Source: Silvanigrellaceae bacterium (GTDB taxonomy: Bacteria > Bdellovibrionota_B > Oligoflexia > Silvanigrellales > Silvanigrellaceae). From it: a stretch of DNA of 46,077 nt. The notes beneath the pieces were generated by a model. It was not told the origin of the DNA, ran no database searches, and was given only the letters and a program-made list of their open reading frames with translations. Numbering within the stretch: position 1 is the first letter of the stretch; each line of letters starts with the position of its first letter. The stretch lies in NCBI GenBank assembly GCA_049423385.1, contig JBMSQQ010000015.1, positions 1-46,077 of the forward strand. The letters run 5' to 3'. Positions 27,074 to 36,826 of this stretch are shown here, piece after piece. The translations under genes and the position numbers were made by a program.

Positions 27074-27631
27074 ATGCGTCAATTTTTCGGAATTGTATTG
27101 ATTTTCTGTCTGATTGCTTTTGTCAGTCCGCTTGCCGAAGGCAAAACCCCTTGCATCACCCGCCAGGAGCTGACGGCCCGTTCAACAGGAATTGTTCAGC
27201 GCTATCATGCTTCCAATGGGGACATTATTCGCAAGGGTGACCCTGTCATCGAATTTGACTCGCGGCTTTTGCGCGCCGGCTACAAGGAGGCGCAAGCTGC
27301 GGTCGACGCGGCCAAGGGGAATGAGGAACTTGCTGCGGACGCACTTCTGCGTCTTGAAAAACTGCAGGGCAGCGAAGCGGTGACCGCCCAGCAATTGGCC
27401 GAGGCAAAAATCCGGGTCAGCCAGGCTCGCGCTCTTCGGCGGCAGGCCGAAGCGGCAGCCGAGCGCGTCAAGGTTCAGCTGGATGACACCATGCTGCGGG
27501 CTGAGGTTGGCGGTCGGGTTCAAGGCCTGCCAACCATTCTTGGTATGGTTGTTCAGGTTGGTCAATCACTTGGCAGCATCGAAGTGGTTGGCGCAGGTTG
27601 CTCCGCTGTTGCTCCATCGAAAAACAACTAA
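27074..27631 (+). CDS. RND efflux periplasmic adaptor, short form
   Basis: Signal peptide, lipoyl half ARSTGIV...GDIIRKGDPVIEFD, coiled hairpin, second lipoyl half LRAEVGGRV...GMVVQVGQSL; GGGAGG RBS. Confidence 0.85.
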   Translation: MRQFFGIVLIFCLIAFVSPLAEGKTPCITRQELTARSTGIVQRYHASNGDIIRKGDPVIEFDSRLLRAGYKEAQAAVDAAKGNEELAADALLRLEKLQGSEAVTAQQLAEAKIRVSQARALRRQAEAAAERVKVQLDDTMLRAEVGGRVQGLPTILGMVVQVGQSLGSIEVVGAGCSAVAPSKNN

Positions 27632-27642
27632 GGAGCTTCGCG

Positions 27643-30600
27643 ATGAATCTTGCGCGCTTCTCCGTCAAGCGGCCCGTGACTTCAGGAATTATCAGTCTCG
27701 CACTTTTTATTCTGGGTGTTTTTTATCTCATCAAGATGCCGGTTTCCTTGTATCCCGACGTCTCCATTCCGTTCATTTCCGTCACCGTTCCCTATCCGGG
27801 CGCATCTCCGGAGCAGATTGAATCCGCAATCGTGAAACCCATCGAAGCCGAAGTCGCAGGACTCAAGAAAATTTCGCGGGTGATTGGTGTTGCCCGGCCA
27901 GGCTACGGGCAGTTGATTCTCGGCTTCAAAATGTCTGCCGATGAGCAGGAAGCTGCCGATTCGGTGCGCGAAAAGGTGTCGATCGTCAAAGGTCGTTTTC
28001 CACAAGGTGCCAAAGAACCAATTGTCGCGAGAGTTGATGTCGGGGCCACGCCGATTCTGATTTACGGGGTCGAGACGCAAAAATCAGCCGAAGAAACGCA
28101 GCGCATTCTCGATGACGTTTTACTGCCTGAGCTTCGCCGCACCGAAGGTGTCAACGAGGCAAAAGTTCTGGGTATTGGCGACGAGAGGGTCCAGCTCACT
28201 CTGGATGCGCGCAAGCTCTCGGATCTTCGCGTTGCTCCTCTCGATATTTTCGAACAACTCTCTGCCAAGATGGCAGTCATACCCTGGGGCGAAGTCACCC
28301 AAGACAGCCAGGTGATGTCGGTTTCCCGTAGCCTTCTCCCAGCAGATCTCAAATATTGGGAAAGTCAACGTGTCACATTGCGTGATGGACGAACCGTCTT
28401 CCTGGCGGATGTTGGTGAGCTGAAAATTGTCCGCGACGAGACCGCTTCCAGCGTCTTCATCAACGGCAAGCGTGGACTGGGTTTGGTGATCACAAAGCGG
28501 GCCGATGCCAACACCGTCGGAAGTGTCAAAGCGGTCAAGAAAACTCTGTCCCGCATCACTCTCCCAGACAATGTCAAGCTGTTCAGCATCGTTGATCAGA
28601 GCTCATTCATCCAGGAAAACTCAAAAGAAGTCTGGATCGCACTTTTTGCGGGTGGTGCCTTTGCGGTTTTGATTATTTTGTTGTTTCTCACTGATATCCG
28701 CAGTGCACTTATTTCAGCTACGGCATTGCCAGTGAGTATCGCAGGCTCATTTATTTTCATGAGCTGGCTCGACTTCTCGGTCAACATGATGAGCCTTTTG
28801 GCGATGGCTTTGGCGATTGGACTTTTGATCGACGACGCCGTGGTGGTGCGCGAGGCGATTTACACTGAACTCGAACATGGAGCCACTCCGGCCGAGGCTG
28901 CGGTGAAGGGAACGGATCGTGTTGCCGCAGCCGTGATGGCGACCTCTTTGGCGGTCATCGCCGTGTTTCTTCCGGTGGCAGGCATGGAAGGAATGGTCGG
29001 GCAATTTTTCAAGCAGTTTGGCGTGACAATCTGCATTGCCGTTGCGATTTCGACTTGGGTTGCGTTTACGCTTGATCCGATGCTGTCGGCCTATTTCGCT
29101 GGCAAACCGCGTCCTTTTCAAGGTGCTTTTTGGGACAAATGGCGCTCGTGGCTTGTGCGCACCGAGCAGGTCATTTCTGGTTGGGCAGTGGCTTCTTTCA
29201 AGCGACCTGTCACGGTCTTGATTCTCGCGGTTGTGACATTGTTTGCAGCCACAGGCCTGAGTCTTTCCCGCGGCTCCGACTTTCTTGCGTTTGAAGACCG
29301 TGGCCAGTTCATCATCAACATCCGTGGAAAATCTGGTTCCACCCGTGAAAAAAGCGAGAAGCTTGCCGAGCAAACCCTTGAGAGAGTCAAAGACTTCGAG
29401 GGATTGCAGGAAGTTTTTGTCACCGTTGGTGAACGTGGCGACGAGACTCTTGTGCAGATGAGATTGGTTTTCAACGCCAAAACCAAGCGCAAAACAGGGC
29501 TCTTGCAGATGCAAAAAATGGCGCGTGAACGCTTGAAGGATATCGATGGCGAAGTGCTTGTGATGGATCCACCACCCATCGAAGGCATTGGTGGCGAGGC
29601 GCCATTGAGTGTCTACGTCTATGGAGAAAATCTCGCTGAAACACGCAAAGCTGCCGAGGATCTTCTTGCCAAAATCCGCGCTCTTCCTGGCGTGGGAAAT
29701 GCGAGGCTCGAGACGGCAGCATTCGCAAAAGGTTTGGATGTTTCTTTCAAACCACTGGACCTTGGTTTTGCAGGTTCGGCAACCCAGGCAGTGGAACTCA
29801 CTGGTCGGCTGGCGCTCACTGGCGTCGAGGCCGGATTCGTTGGCGACAAAAACACTCCTTTTGTTCTGCGCCTGGCCGACAAGGATCGCACGATCGAAAA
29901 TCTATGGAACAATATCTATGTGCCCAGCATGCGCGGGCCAATGGCGTTGAATCAATTTGCGGATCTGCAGGAATCGTATCGCCCGCGCGGCATCGATCGC
30001 GAACGTCGCTCGCGCAAGATGGTCATTTGGGGAACACTCGACCGCACGCGCACCTATGGGGTCGTGCTCGGTGAAGTTCAGAAACTTGTTGATGCGGTTC
30101 CTGCGCCATTTTCAGCTGAAATCCAAGGCGACAAGGAAGTCTTTGAAGAGATGGTGGGCAGTTTCACTCTGGCCATTGTCGGCAGTTTGTTTTTTATCTT
30201 CATCATCTTGGCTGCGCAGTTTGAAAACCTGTTGCGTCCGTTCGTGATTCTTTTGTCGCTTCCACTGGCAGTGATTGGTGGATTCGCCGCACTTTACGTC
30301 GCCGGGCATCAATTGGCCCTGGGCGCACTCATTGGAATGGTTTTCCTTATCGGACTCGCGGCCAAGAATGGAATCCTTCTTGTGGACGCTGTTGGTGTGA
30401 AGGAAAAAACGATGCCACTCTCAGACGCAGTTCGCGAGAGTGTGAAAGAGCGTTCGCGCGCGATTCTGATGACGTCCATTGCAATGATTTTCGGAATGAT
30501 TCCCACCGCGGTCATGCGTGGTGGAGGATCAGAATTCCGCTCGCCGATGGCACTGGCCATCATTGGCGGTGTGCTCTCGAGTACCTTCTTGTCGTTTTTT

Positions 30601-32058
30601 GTGGTTCCTGCAGTGTTTGGAATCATCGATCGCTTGCGATCGTCCAAAAGTAAAGCAACTTCTGCCGTTGGTGCCATTACCGCAGGGGTCATCCTGGTTG
30701 CGTTGGGTTGGAATCTTCTGGCGAGCGCAACAGCCAATGCGCAGACATCTTCGACATCCTTTGCGGGCGTTTCGGCCACCGATTCCAGTGCGGTGGGTCG
30801 AGAATCACTTGTTGCCCAGAAAGCCAATATGTCAGCGGTCCTGCGACTGATCAACGAACTGAAGAAAGATGGACCAGACGAGATCCAAATCGAAGGGGCG
30901 GATCATGCTGCAGCCCAGGCGTCGCGCTCTGCAATTGAGAGTGTGTTTGGCGGCGCGCGTCTTGAGTATGGCCAGGAATGGTTCAAGCCAGGCTATTCGC
31001 AATCGTTCACTCTTCCTCCACCACCTGTCGGACCAGGTGCGATCAAGACAGTGATTGTTCCCCAACAGCAGCGCGTTACCAGTGTTGGCTGGCAGATCCC
31101 TGTTCTGAACATCCAGGCGATTTACGGCTGGGTGATGAGAAATGCGTTGCGCGTGCAGGCTGATCGCATTCGTGAAGCACGCTTTGAATCGGGTACCCTG
31201 GGAGCTGCACAGCTTCTGTTGCAGACAGAACTGGCGGTGCAAACCGTACGGGTCAACAAGGGATTCGTCGAGATCAGCAAGGCTCGTGAGACTATTGTTC
31301 GTCAACGCCTTGCCGCAGGACTTTCGACCCGACTGGAACTCAATCAGGCAGAGGCAAGCACGCTTGCCGCAATCGCCCAGTGGGAACAAACCAAGGCGGA
31401 AGAACTCAAGGTGCGCCAACAGTTCCTGCAGCAGGTTGGCAAGAGTTTCCCGGACGACGGAGTTGGTGTTACGGCCTTCCCTTTCGTGGGTGAAAGACCA
31501 TTCCAGTCGACCGCTCTGGAAGCCATGAAGTCCGTGCACAATGCGCAAGTCAAAAGCACCGAACTGACGGATGCGGCATTTTATCCCACTCTCAGTGTAG
31601 AGCTCGGCTACTCAAACAAATCCTTCGACACCTCACCACCCGCGCAGAAATTTGCTGCGCTCAAGGCTCGTTGGGATATTCTCGATGGCGGTGGACGCTC
31701 TGCGATGCGTGGACGCAACATGCAGATGGCCAACGATTTGTTGGCCCAGGCAAGGCAGCTGGAAATTCAACTCCGGAGTTCCCACGAATCACTGAAAACG
31801 CGGCAAGAGGCTTTCCAGCGCGCCCGCAGTGCGGCGGAGTTTGGTCAAAAGGCGGCAGCTTCTGCTCAGCATCAGGCATTGCAGGCTTTTTCGGCTGGTT
31901 TGGCCCGTGCGGTGGACGTGCGTGCTGCCGATGAGGCAAAGCTGAAGGCGGATTTTGCCAAGTTGCAATTGGATTTCGCGTTGCAGGGTTTGGCACTCGA
32001 AAGTTTGGCTCTCACCAACAGCTGGAACAGTTTCATCCGTTCGAATGGTCAGCCGTAA
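27643..32058 (+). CDS. RND efflux permease (AcrB/HAE1-like) fused to a C-terminal TolC-like outer-membrane factor domain
   Basis: AAGGAG RBS; SVKRP, YPGASPEQIE, IGLLIDDAVVVRE, AAKNGILLVD, RSRAILMTS. After residue ~1000 an extra hydrophobic segment, then OMF-like repeats RLAAGLSTRLELNQAE, FYPTLSV, WDILDGG, FSAGLARAVDV. Confidence 0.92.
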   Translation: MNLARFSVKRPVTSGIISLALFILGVFYLIKMPVSLYPDVSIPFISVTVPYPGASPEQIESAIVKPIEAEVAGLKKISRVIGVARPGYGQLILGFKMSADEQEAADSVREKVSIVKGRFPQGAKEPIVARVDVGATPILIYGVETQKSAEETQRILDDVLLPELRRTEGVNEAKVLGIGDERVQLTLDARKLSDLRVAPLDIFEQLSAKMAVIPWGEVTQDSQVMSVSRSLLPADLKYWESQRVTLRDGRTVFLADVGELKIVRDETASSVFINGKRGLGLVITKRADANTVGSVKAVKKTLSRITLPDNVKLFSIVDQSSFIQENSKEVWIALFAGGAFAVLIILLFLTDIRSALISATALPVSIAGSFIFMSWLDFSVNMMSLLAMALAIGLLIDDAVVVREAIYTELEHGATPAEAAVKGTDRVAAAVMATSLAVIAVFLPVAGMEGMVGQFFKQFGVTICIAVAISTWVAFTLDPMLSAYFAGKPRPFQGAFWDKWRSWLVRTEQVISGWAVASFKRPVTVLILAVVTLFAATGLSLSRGSDFLAFEDRGQFIINIRGKSGSTREKSEKLAEQTLERVKDFEGLQEVFVTVGERGDETLVQMRLVFNAKTKRKTGLLQMQKMARERLKDIDGEVLVMDPPPIEGIGGEAPLSVYVYGENLAETRKAAEDLLAKIRALPGVGNARLETAAFAKGLDVSFKPLDLGFAGSATQAVELTGRLALTGVEAGFVGDKNTPFVLRLADKDRTIENLWNNIYVPSMRGPMALNQFADLQESYRPRGIDRERRSRKMVIWGTLDRTRTYGVVLGEVQKLVDAVPAPFSAEIQGDKEVFEEMVGSFTLAIVGSLFFIFIILAAQFENLLRPFVILLSLPLAVIGGFAALYVAGHQLALGALIGMVFLIGLAAKNGILLVDAVGVKEKTMPLSDAVRESVKERSRAILMTSIAMIFGMIPTAVMRGGGSEFRSPMALAIIGGVLSSTFLSFFVVPAVFGIIDRLRSSKSKATSAVGAITAGVILVALGWNLLASATANAQTSSTSFAGVSATDSSAVGRESLVAQKANMSAVLRLINELKKDGPDEIQIEGADHAAAQASRSAIESVFGGARLEYGQEWFKPGYSQSFTLPPPPVGPGAIKTVIVPQQQRVTSVGWQIPVLNIQAIYGWVMRNALRVQADRIREARFESGTLGAAQLLLQTELAVQTVRVNKGFVEISKARETIVRQRLAAGLSTRLELNQAEASTLAAIAQWEQTKAEELKVRQQFLQQVGKSFPDDGVGVTAFPFVGERPFQSTALEAMKSVHNAQVKSTELTDAAFYPTLSVELGYSNKSFDTSPPAQKFAALKARWDILDGGGRSAMRGRNMQMANDLLAQARQLEIQLRSSHESLKTRQEAFQRARSAAEFGQKAAASAQHQALQAFSAGLARAVDVRAADEAKLKADFAKLQLDFALQGLALESLALTNSWNSFIRSNGQP

Positions 32059-33149
32059 TATTTTCCAAACCTGTTCTTGAGAAACAATTCCAGCGGCACA
32101 TCTTCTTGTCGCACAAAGCCGCTTTTCGGTATTTTACCTTCGTGATGCAAGTCAAGAACCGCACAAATTCCAGCTGCGGTTGTGATCTGGATGGCTCCCC
32201 AGTGCTCACCATCAATGTCCTGGTGATAAATCTTGTGCGCGTAGCTTTCCTGACTCAACACGCCGTTGCGGTTGCCTTGAACAGTCACAATGATGATCAC
32301 AACATCCTGTTTGGTTGTGGGGATTGCCCGTTCAAAAATCTTGCGCAGGTTGTCCCTGTCCTGGTTGAGCTTCAAATCATTCATCAGCAGAGCGATGATG
32401 TCGCGGTGACCCGGATAGCGGACGCTCTTGTAGTCGAGTGATTTGGCTTTTCCCGCAAAAGTTTCGGCAAGTGTGCCCAAGCCGCCCGAGGTGTTGAACG
32501 CCTCGTATTCCAATCCATCGAGGCTGAATTTTTCGAGTCCTTCAAGCGGCTGAAGCAGTGTGAGTTTGCCGTTCACCACGGCTTCGCAGGGGTTGCCGTA
32601 TTCGTTGATGAGACCTTCGGTGCTCCAGGTCAGGTTGTACTTCATCGCGTTGTGCGGATATTTTGGCAGCGCACCCACGCGCATCTTGATGTGCTCGATG
32701 CTCTCGAAAGATTTTGCCAGGCCGTTGGCAACAATCGAGATGAATCCAGGAGCAAGTCCACACTGTGGGATGAATGCCAGTTTGGAATCCTCTGCCAACT
32801 TTCGTACTGCCTTTGTCGTGGCCACGTCTTCGGTCAGGTCGAGATAGTGCACTCCGGCTTTTTTTGCGGCGGTCGCGATTCCCACATTGCAGTGGTATGG
32901 AGCGCAGCTCACAACGTAACTGTGCCCTTCGAGAGCTTTCTCTACAGCGCCTGTGTCGTTGAGGTCCAATCCTAGGAATGATGTATTTTTGAGCATCTTG
33001 CCGTCTGCTGTGAACGTGGCTGATCGGGCCACATCGAGCTGCACATCTGCAGCAGTGACCGCGTAGTCGCCTGATTTGGACAAAAGGGAGACAACCAGCT
33101 TGCCTATCTTTCCGCAGCCCAAGACCAGTATTTTCGCTTTGTTTGCCAT
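32049..33149 (-). CDS. Saccharopine dehydrogenase / lysine 6-dehydrogenase family protein
   Basis: GCGKIG, HYLDLTEDV, CGLAPGFI, MRVGALP, YNLTWSTEGLINEY, EAFNTSGGLGTL, RYPGH, AIQITTA; GGAGAG RBS before ATG 33149. Confidence 0.92.
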   Translation of the reverse strand: MANKAKILVLGCGKIGKLVVSLLSKSGDYAVTAADVQLDVARSATFTADGKMLKNTSFLGLDLNDTGAVEKALEGHSYVVSCAPYHCNVGIATAAKKAGVHYLDLTEDVATTKAVRKLAEDSKLAFIPQCGLAPGFISIVANGLAKSFESIEHIKMRVGALPKYPHNAMKYNLTWSTEGLINEYGNPCEAVVNGKLTLLQPLEGLEKFSLDGLEYEAFNTSGGLGTLAETFAGKAKSLDYKSVRYPGHRDIIALLMNDLKLNQDRDNLRKIFERAIPTTKQDVVIIIVTVQGNRNGVLSQESYAHKIYHQDIDGEHWGAIQITTAAGICAVLDLHHEGKIPKSGFVRQEDVPLELFLKNRFGKYYG

Positions 33150-33265
33150 TATTTTCTCTCCATCTGTCTGTTCTTCAATAGAGGGTGCGACTGGCTTTTT
33201 GTCCGTCACTCATGCTAGGTTTCCGCTCAACAACTCAGCTGAAAAGTGAGTTCCAAGGAGCAGTC

Positions 33266-34687
33266 ATGCTGAACAATGAGTCCGACTCGACACTTTCGTC
33301 TGCTCGGAAGCCGTCCATTCCAAGGAAGCCCCGGATTTCTGAAGAGTATCGCATCCACAGCAATTTTCGGTATGTCGATGGACAAACGCAACCCGACCGC
33401 GTCGGGACTGTTGACGAACAACAAGAGTTTGGCATCGGGGTGACTTCCGAAATTGGAAGATTGCGAAAAGTCTTCGTCCACTCTCCTGGTCCGGAAGTTG
33501 AGCGCATGACGCCCAAAACCGCATCCGAACTGCTCTACAATGACATCATCCATTACTCTCGCGTGCGAGAGGCACACGGGCAGCTGAAAGGTGTCTTGTC
33601 TTTGGTTTCCGAAGTTCTCGAGGTTCGAGATAGCCTGGCCGACGTGCTTGAAATCGCCCAAGCAAAGAGCGAACTGCTCTCGCGCATCACCCAGGCCCAG
33701 AATTGCAACCACCTCTTCTCCGAACTACTCGAGGTTCCCTCGACCGAGCTTGCCGAACTGCTCATTTCCGGTCTTCCGCTCAAGCGCGATTCGCTGGAGA
33801 GCTATCTGTCGAGCAAAAGTTTTTCATTGGTCCCTTTGCCAAATATGTACTTCATGCGCGACTCCAGCATGGTCATCGGGCCCCGCCTGATCACCGGCGG
33901 CATGGCGAGCTCTGTGCGCGACACCGAATCCCTCATCATGCGCACGATTTATGAGTTTCATCCTTCGTTGCGCGGACGCGGAATCTTGCTCGACGCTTGC
34001 ATGAGCGACGATCGCTCGAAAATGACCATCGAAGGTGGTGATGTTCTGGTTCTCAGTGAAGATGTCCTGCTGATTGGAATCAGCGAGCGCACGACGCCGG
34101 TGGCTGTCGACAAGCTGGTGGACGCCTATTACAACGCTCGCATTGAAGACGGGATCGATCGCCCGTTTGATGTCTTCTGTGTCATTCTTCCCCAGGAAAG
34201 AAGCACCATTCATCTCGACATGGTCTTCACCTTGGTCAACACCGAGCAGGCTGTGGTGTCGTCACCCTATATCATGGGACGCAACCGGGCCCGCATTGTT
34301 CGCATCAAGGTTCGCGAAGAGGGGCGCAAGCGGTTTTCGGACGTCGACGATCTCTTGCTCGGTTTGCGCAGTCTGGGAATTCGCATCGAACCCATCATGT
34401 GTGGTGGCGATGAACCACTGCATCAGCAGCGGGAGCAATGGAACAGCGGTGCCAACATGTTTGCCTTTGCTCCAGGCAAAGTCATCAGCTACGACATGCA
34501 CGAGCACACCGTCAGGGCGTGCGAAGGGGCCGGTTTCAGGGTTGAATCGGCTCTTAATATTCTTAAAAATCCGCATCTTTTGGAATCTTCCAAGCCCTTG
34601 GTGGTCACACTGGATGGCACTGAATTGGCCAGGGGTGGTGGCGGACCTCGCTGCATGACCTGCCCCGTCAAGCGGGATCCTGTTTGA
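33266..34687 (+). CDS. arcA: Arginine deiminase
   Basis: GVTSEIGRLRKVFVHSPG, LLYNDI, PLPNMYFMRD, IEGGD, GISERT, IHLDMVFT, ELARGGGGPRCMTCPVKR; AAGGAG RBS. Confidence 0.92.
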   Translation: MLNNESDSTLSSARKPSIPRKPRISEEYRIHSNFRYVDGQTQPDRVGTVDEQQEFGIGVTSEIGRLRKVFVHSPGPEVERMTPKTASELLYNDIIHYSRVREAHGQLKGVLSLVSEVLEVRDSLADVLEIAQAKSELLSRITQAQNCNHLFSELLEVPSTELAELLISGLPLKRDSLESYLSSKSFSLVPLPNMYFMRDSSMVIGPRLITGGMASSVRDTESLIMRTIYEFHPSLRGRGILLDACMSDDRSKMTIEGGDVLVLSEDVLLIGISERTTPVAVDKLVDAYYNARIEDGIDRPFDVFCVILPQERSTIHLDMVFTLVNTEQAVVSSPYIMGRNRARIVRIKVREEGRKRFSDVDDLLLGLRSLGIRIEPIMCGGDEPLHQQREQWNSGANMFAFAPGKVISYDMHEHTVRACEGAGFRVESALNILKNPHLLESSKPLVVTLDGTELARGGGGPRCMTCPVKRDPV

Positions 34688-34834
34688 ATCGTTTCCCATA
34701 TATGAATTTGCGTCATCTTCTCGACGGAAATCTTTTGCAGTCCAACCCGTCAATGGAAGGATGTTTCAGGGTGGAATTGTTGAGTTCCCACCCCGAAAAT
34801 CCGATACGCCCATTGAAAGTCTTTGAGGTTGAAC

Positions 34835-36820
34835 ATGCACGAGCGCGATGGTCGATTCGAACCACGTCCATACCTCAGCCGCAGCCTTGCTGCGGTATCG
34901 TTGGGCTTTGTTTGTGGCCTGATTCAAACTGCTCAAGCGATTCCGCTTTCCATCGATCCACCGGACACTCGTTCCTTCATTCATGAAGACACGCCCGCGC
35001 GTTCAGCGGTGCAACAAGCGACTCCCGTGGCGAACCAGATTCTTGCGCCCCTGAGCTCGGATTCCAATTCAGTATCGATGCCTTTGAGTCGCTATAAAGC
35101 TCCTTCCGAACTTGTTCTTCTGCATGAAGTTGGTCTCGAGCCAAGCTCGCAGGTCGATTCTGCGGTCGAGCAGGCCATGACTTGGGTCAATCAGACCATG
35201 TCTGCATCAACACGTGCTGATTTCTCCATGCGCTGCGAACAGCATTTCTCCAACATGAGCCAATCGATGCAATTGACGGAAGGGGCATTGGCTTGTGTTC
35301 CGTGGGCAATAGAGAAATTCAACACATCTTCTTACAGCAAGCGGGAAAACAGGGTTGGAACGCGTCCCAGTGGGGGAGGAAGATTGCGCAGTGAAAATGA
35401 TTGGCGCAATCATCTCAAAGGCGTTGGATTCCTTGATGCGTTCTGGCGAATTGATCCGCAAACAAATGCCGAGTTGGTGGCCGAGGCAAACATCGCTGCC
35501 AAAATTGGCCAGGATTGCCAGTACCGAGGCGCACTGGCTGCATTTATCGCACGTGCTGAAGCTTTTTTTCCGGAACAAGTTGCCGTATCGGCCATCGAGA
35601 AGGTTTATCCGATGGCCTTCACATGTCTTGAACCGGACGACGATGGGTTTGAACGCACACATTTGCGCACCGGACTTTTTCGCCTGATGCAGGGCGAAAC
35701 GCAAAAGGCCAAACAAAGTTTTCTGTTGGCAGCCCATGCGGAAAATCCTGAAGAAGAGTTCCGCTCTTTGTTTTGGCTTGGAGTGTTGGAGGAAGGCGCT
35801 TCCAATCGTACAGCCAGCAACGTGACAAATGAACATTGGGAATTGCTGCGCCGTCGTTATCCATTGACGATCCATTCGGTGGTCTCTTCCCACAGTCTTG
35901 GAGTCGATCCTCTTTCGGCAGCTGTTTCCAGCAAAGAGGCAAATGTATCGAGAAGAGTTGGAGTGAGTTGGAGCGAGTACAACCTTGCCGCTTTTTTTCT
36001 TGAACTTTTGATCGCACGCAAAGAGGCAAGCAGCCTCACTGCTTTTTCGAAATTTGCCGCAAGGACGGTCGATGCTCCAAATCCTGATGCACTGTTGTTT
36101 CTGTCCAAATGTTACAGCACTGCCCAAGCGCACAAGATTTCCATCGGCACCCTGACGCGCTACTTCAAGGAAACACAAAGCCAGGGACTGACCATCGAAA
36201 CGATGAACATGTTTTTCCCGCGGGCATATACAGACCAGATTCTGAGTTCGACCGGTCTGGTCGACCCCGTGATCGTCCTCAGTTTGATTCGTCAGGAGAG
36301 TGCTTTTGATCCTTTCGCCCGCTCCGGTGCCGATGCACGTGGACTGATGCAGTTGTTGCCTTCAACAGCGTCCAAATGGCTTGCAAATTCGAGGCAGGAA
36401 TTGTTTGATCCCAGCCAGAACGTTCGGGTGGGCGTCAAGTACATGGAAACGCTGTTCAAGCGCTACGATGGCAACGTCGAACATGTGTTGGCTGCCTACA
36501 ATGCGGGACTCAAAAACCTCGACAAGTGGCGTCAACGTTTTCCGAACACAAACACTTTGATGTTCATGGACTTGATTCCGTTCAAGGAGACCAGAACCTA
36601 CGTCGCCATCATTTTGCGGAATGCCTATTGGTATGGGCGCCTGATGGCAATGCAGCGTGACAATTTGGCAGACACAATCGTGCGCAAGAGCACGCAGGCA
36701 AAATGGCGGTCTGTCACAGTGCAAAATCTCCTGCGCCTTGCATGGTCACAGGATTCTCAAAACCCGGCATCCCGCACCGCGCTTTCCCAGTTGTATTCCT
36801 TGCCGCTCGGTAATCAGTGA
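34835..36820 (+). CDS. Lytic transglycosylase (Slt-like) with helical N-terminal region
   Basis: IRQESAF, ARGLMQL, LAAYNAG, IPFKETRTYV; signal peptide ending AQA. Confidence 0.9.
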   Translation: MHERDGRFEPRPYLSRSLAAVSLGFVCGLIQTAQAIPLSIDPPDTRSFIHEDTPARSAVQQATPVANQILAPLSSDSNSVSMPLSRYKAPSELVLLHEVGLEPSSQVDSAVEQAMTWVNQTMSASTRADFSMRCEQHFSNMSQSMQLTEGALACVPWAIEKFNTSSYSKRENRVGTRPSGGGRLRSENDWRNHLKGVGFLDAFWRIDPQTNAELVAEANIAAKIGQDCQYRGALAAFIARAEAFFPEQVAVSAIEKVYPMAFTCLEPDDDGFERTHLRTGLFRLMQGETQKAKQSFLLAAHAENPEEEFRSLFWLGVLEEGASNRTASNVTNEHWELLRRRYPLTIHSVVSSHSLGVDPLSAAVSSKEANVSRRVGVSWSEYNLAAFFLELLIARKEASSLTAFSKFAARTVDAPNPDALLFLSKCYSTAQAHKISIGTLTRYFKETQSQGLTIETMNMFFPRAYTDQILSSTGLVDPVIVLSLIRQESAFDPFARSGADARGLMQLLPSTASKWLANSRQELFDPSQNVRVGVKYMETLFKRYDGNVEHVLAAYNAGLKNLDKWRQRFPNTNTLMFMDLIPFKETRTYVAIILRNAYWYGRLMAMQRDNLADTIVRKSTQAKWRSVTVQNLLRLAWSQDSQNPASRTALSQLYSLPLGNQ

Positions 36821-36826
36821 AGTCGT

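Noticed and set aside
34684..34986. 100-aa ORF after arcA
   Set aside because: It overlaps the transglycosylase start in another frame, has a TTG start and no motifs; not supportable.
35207..36178. 323-aa antisense ORF inside the lytic transglycosylase gene
   Set aside because: Fully nested on the opposite strand with no family motifs. The same applies to the other nested ORFs such as 14627..15508, 28747..29514 and 30832..31548.
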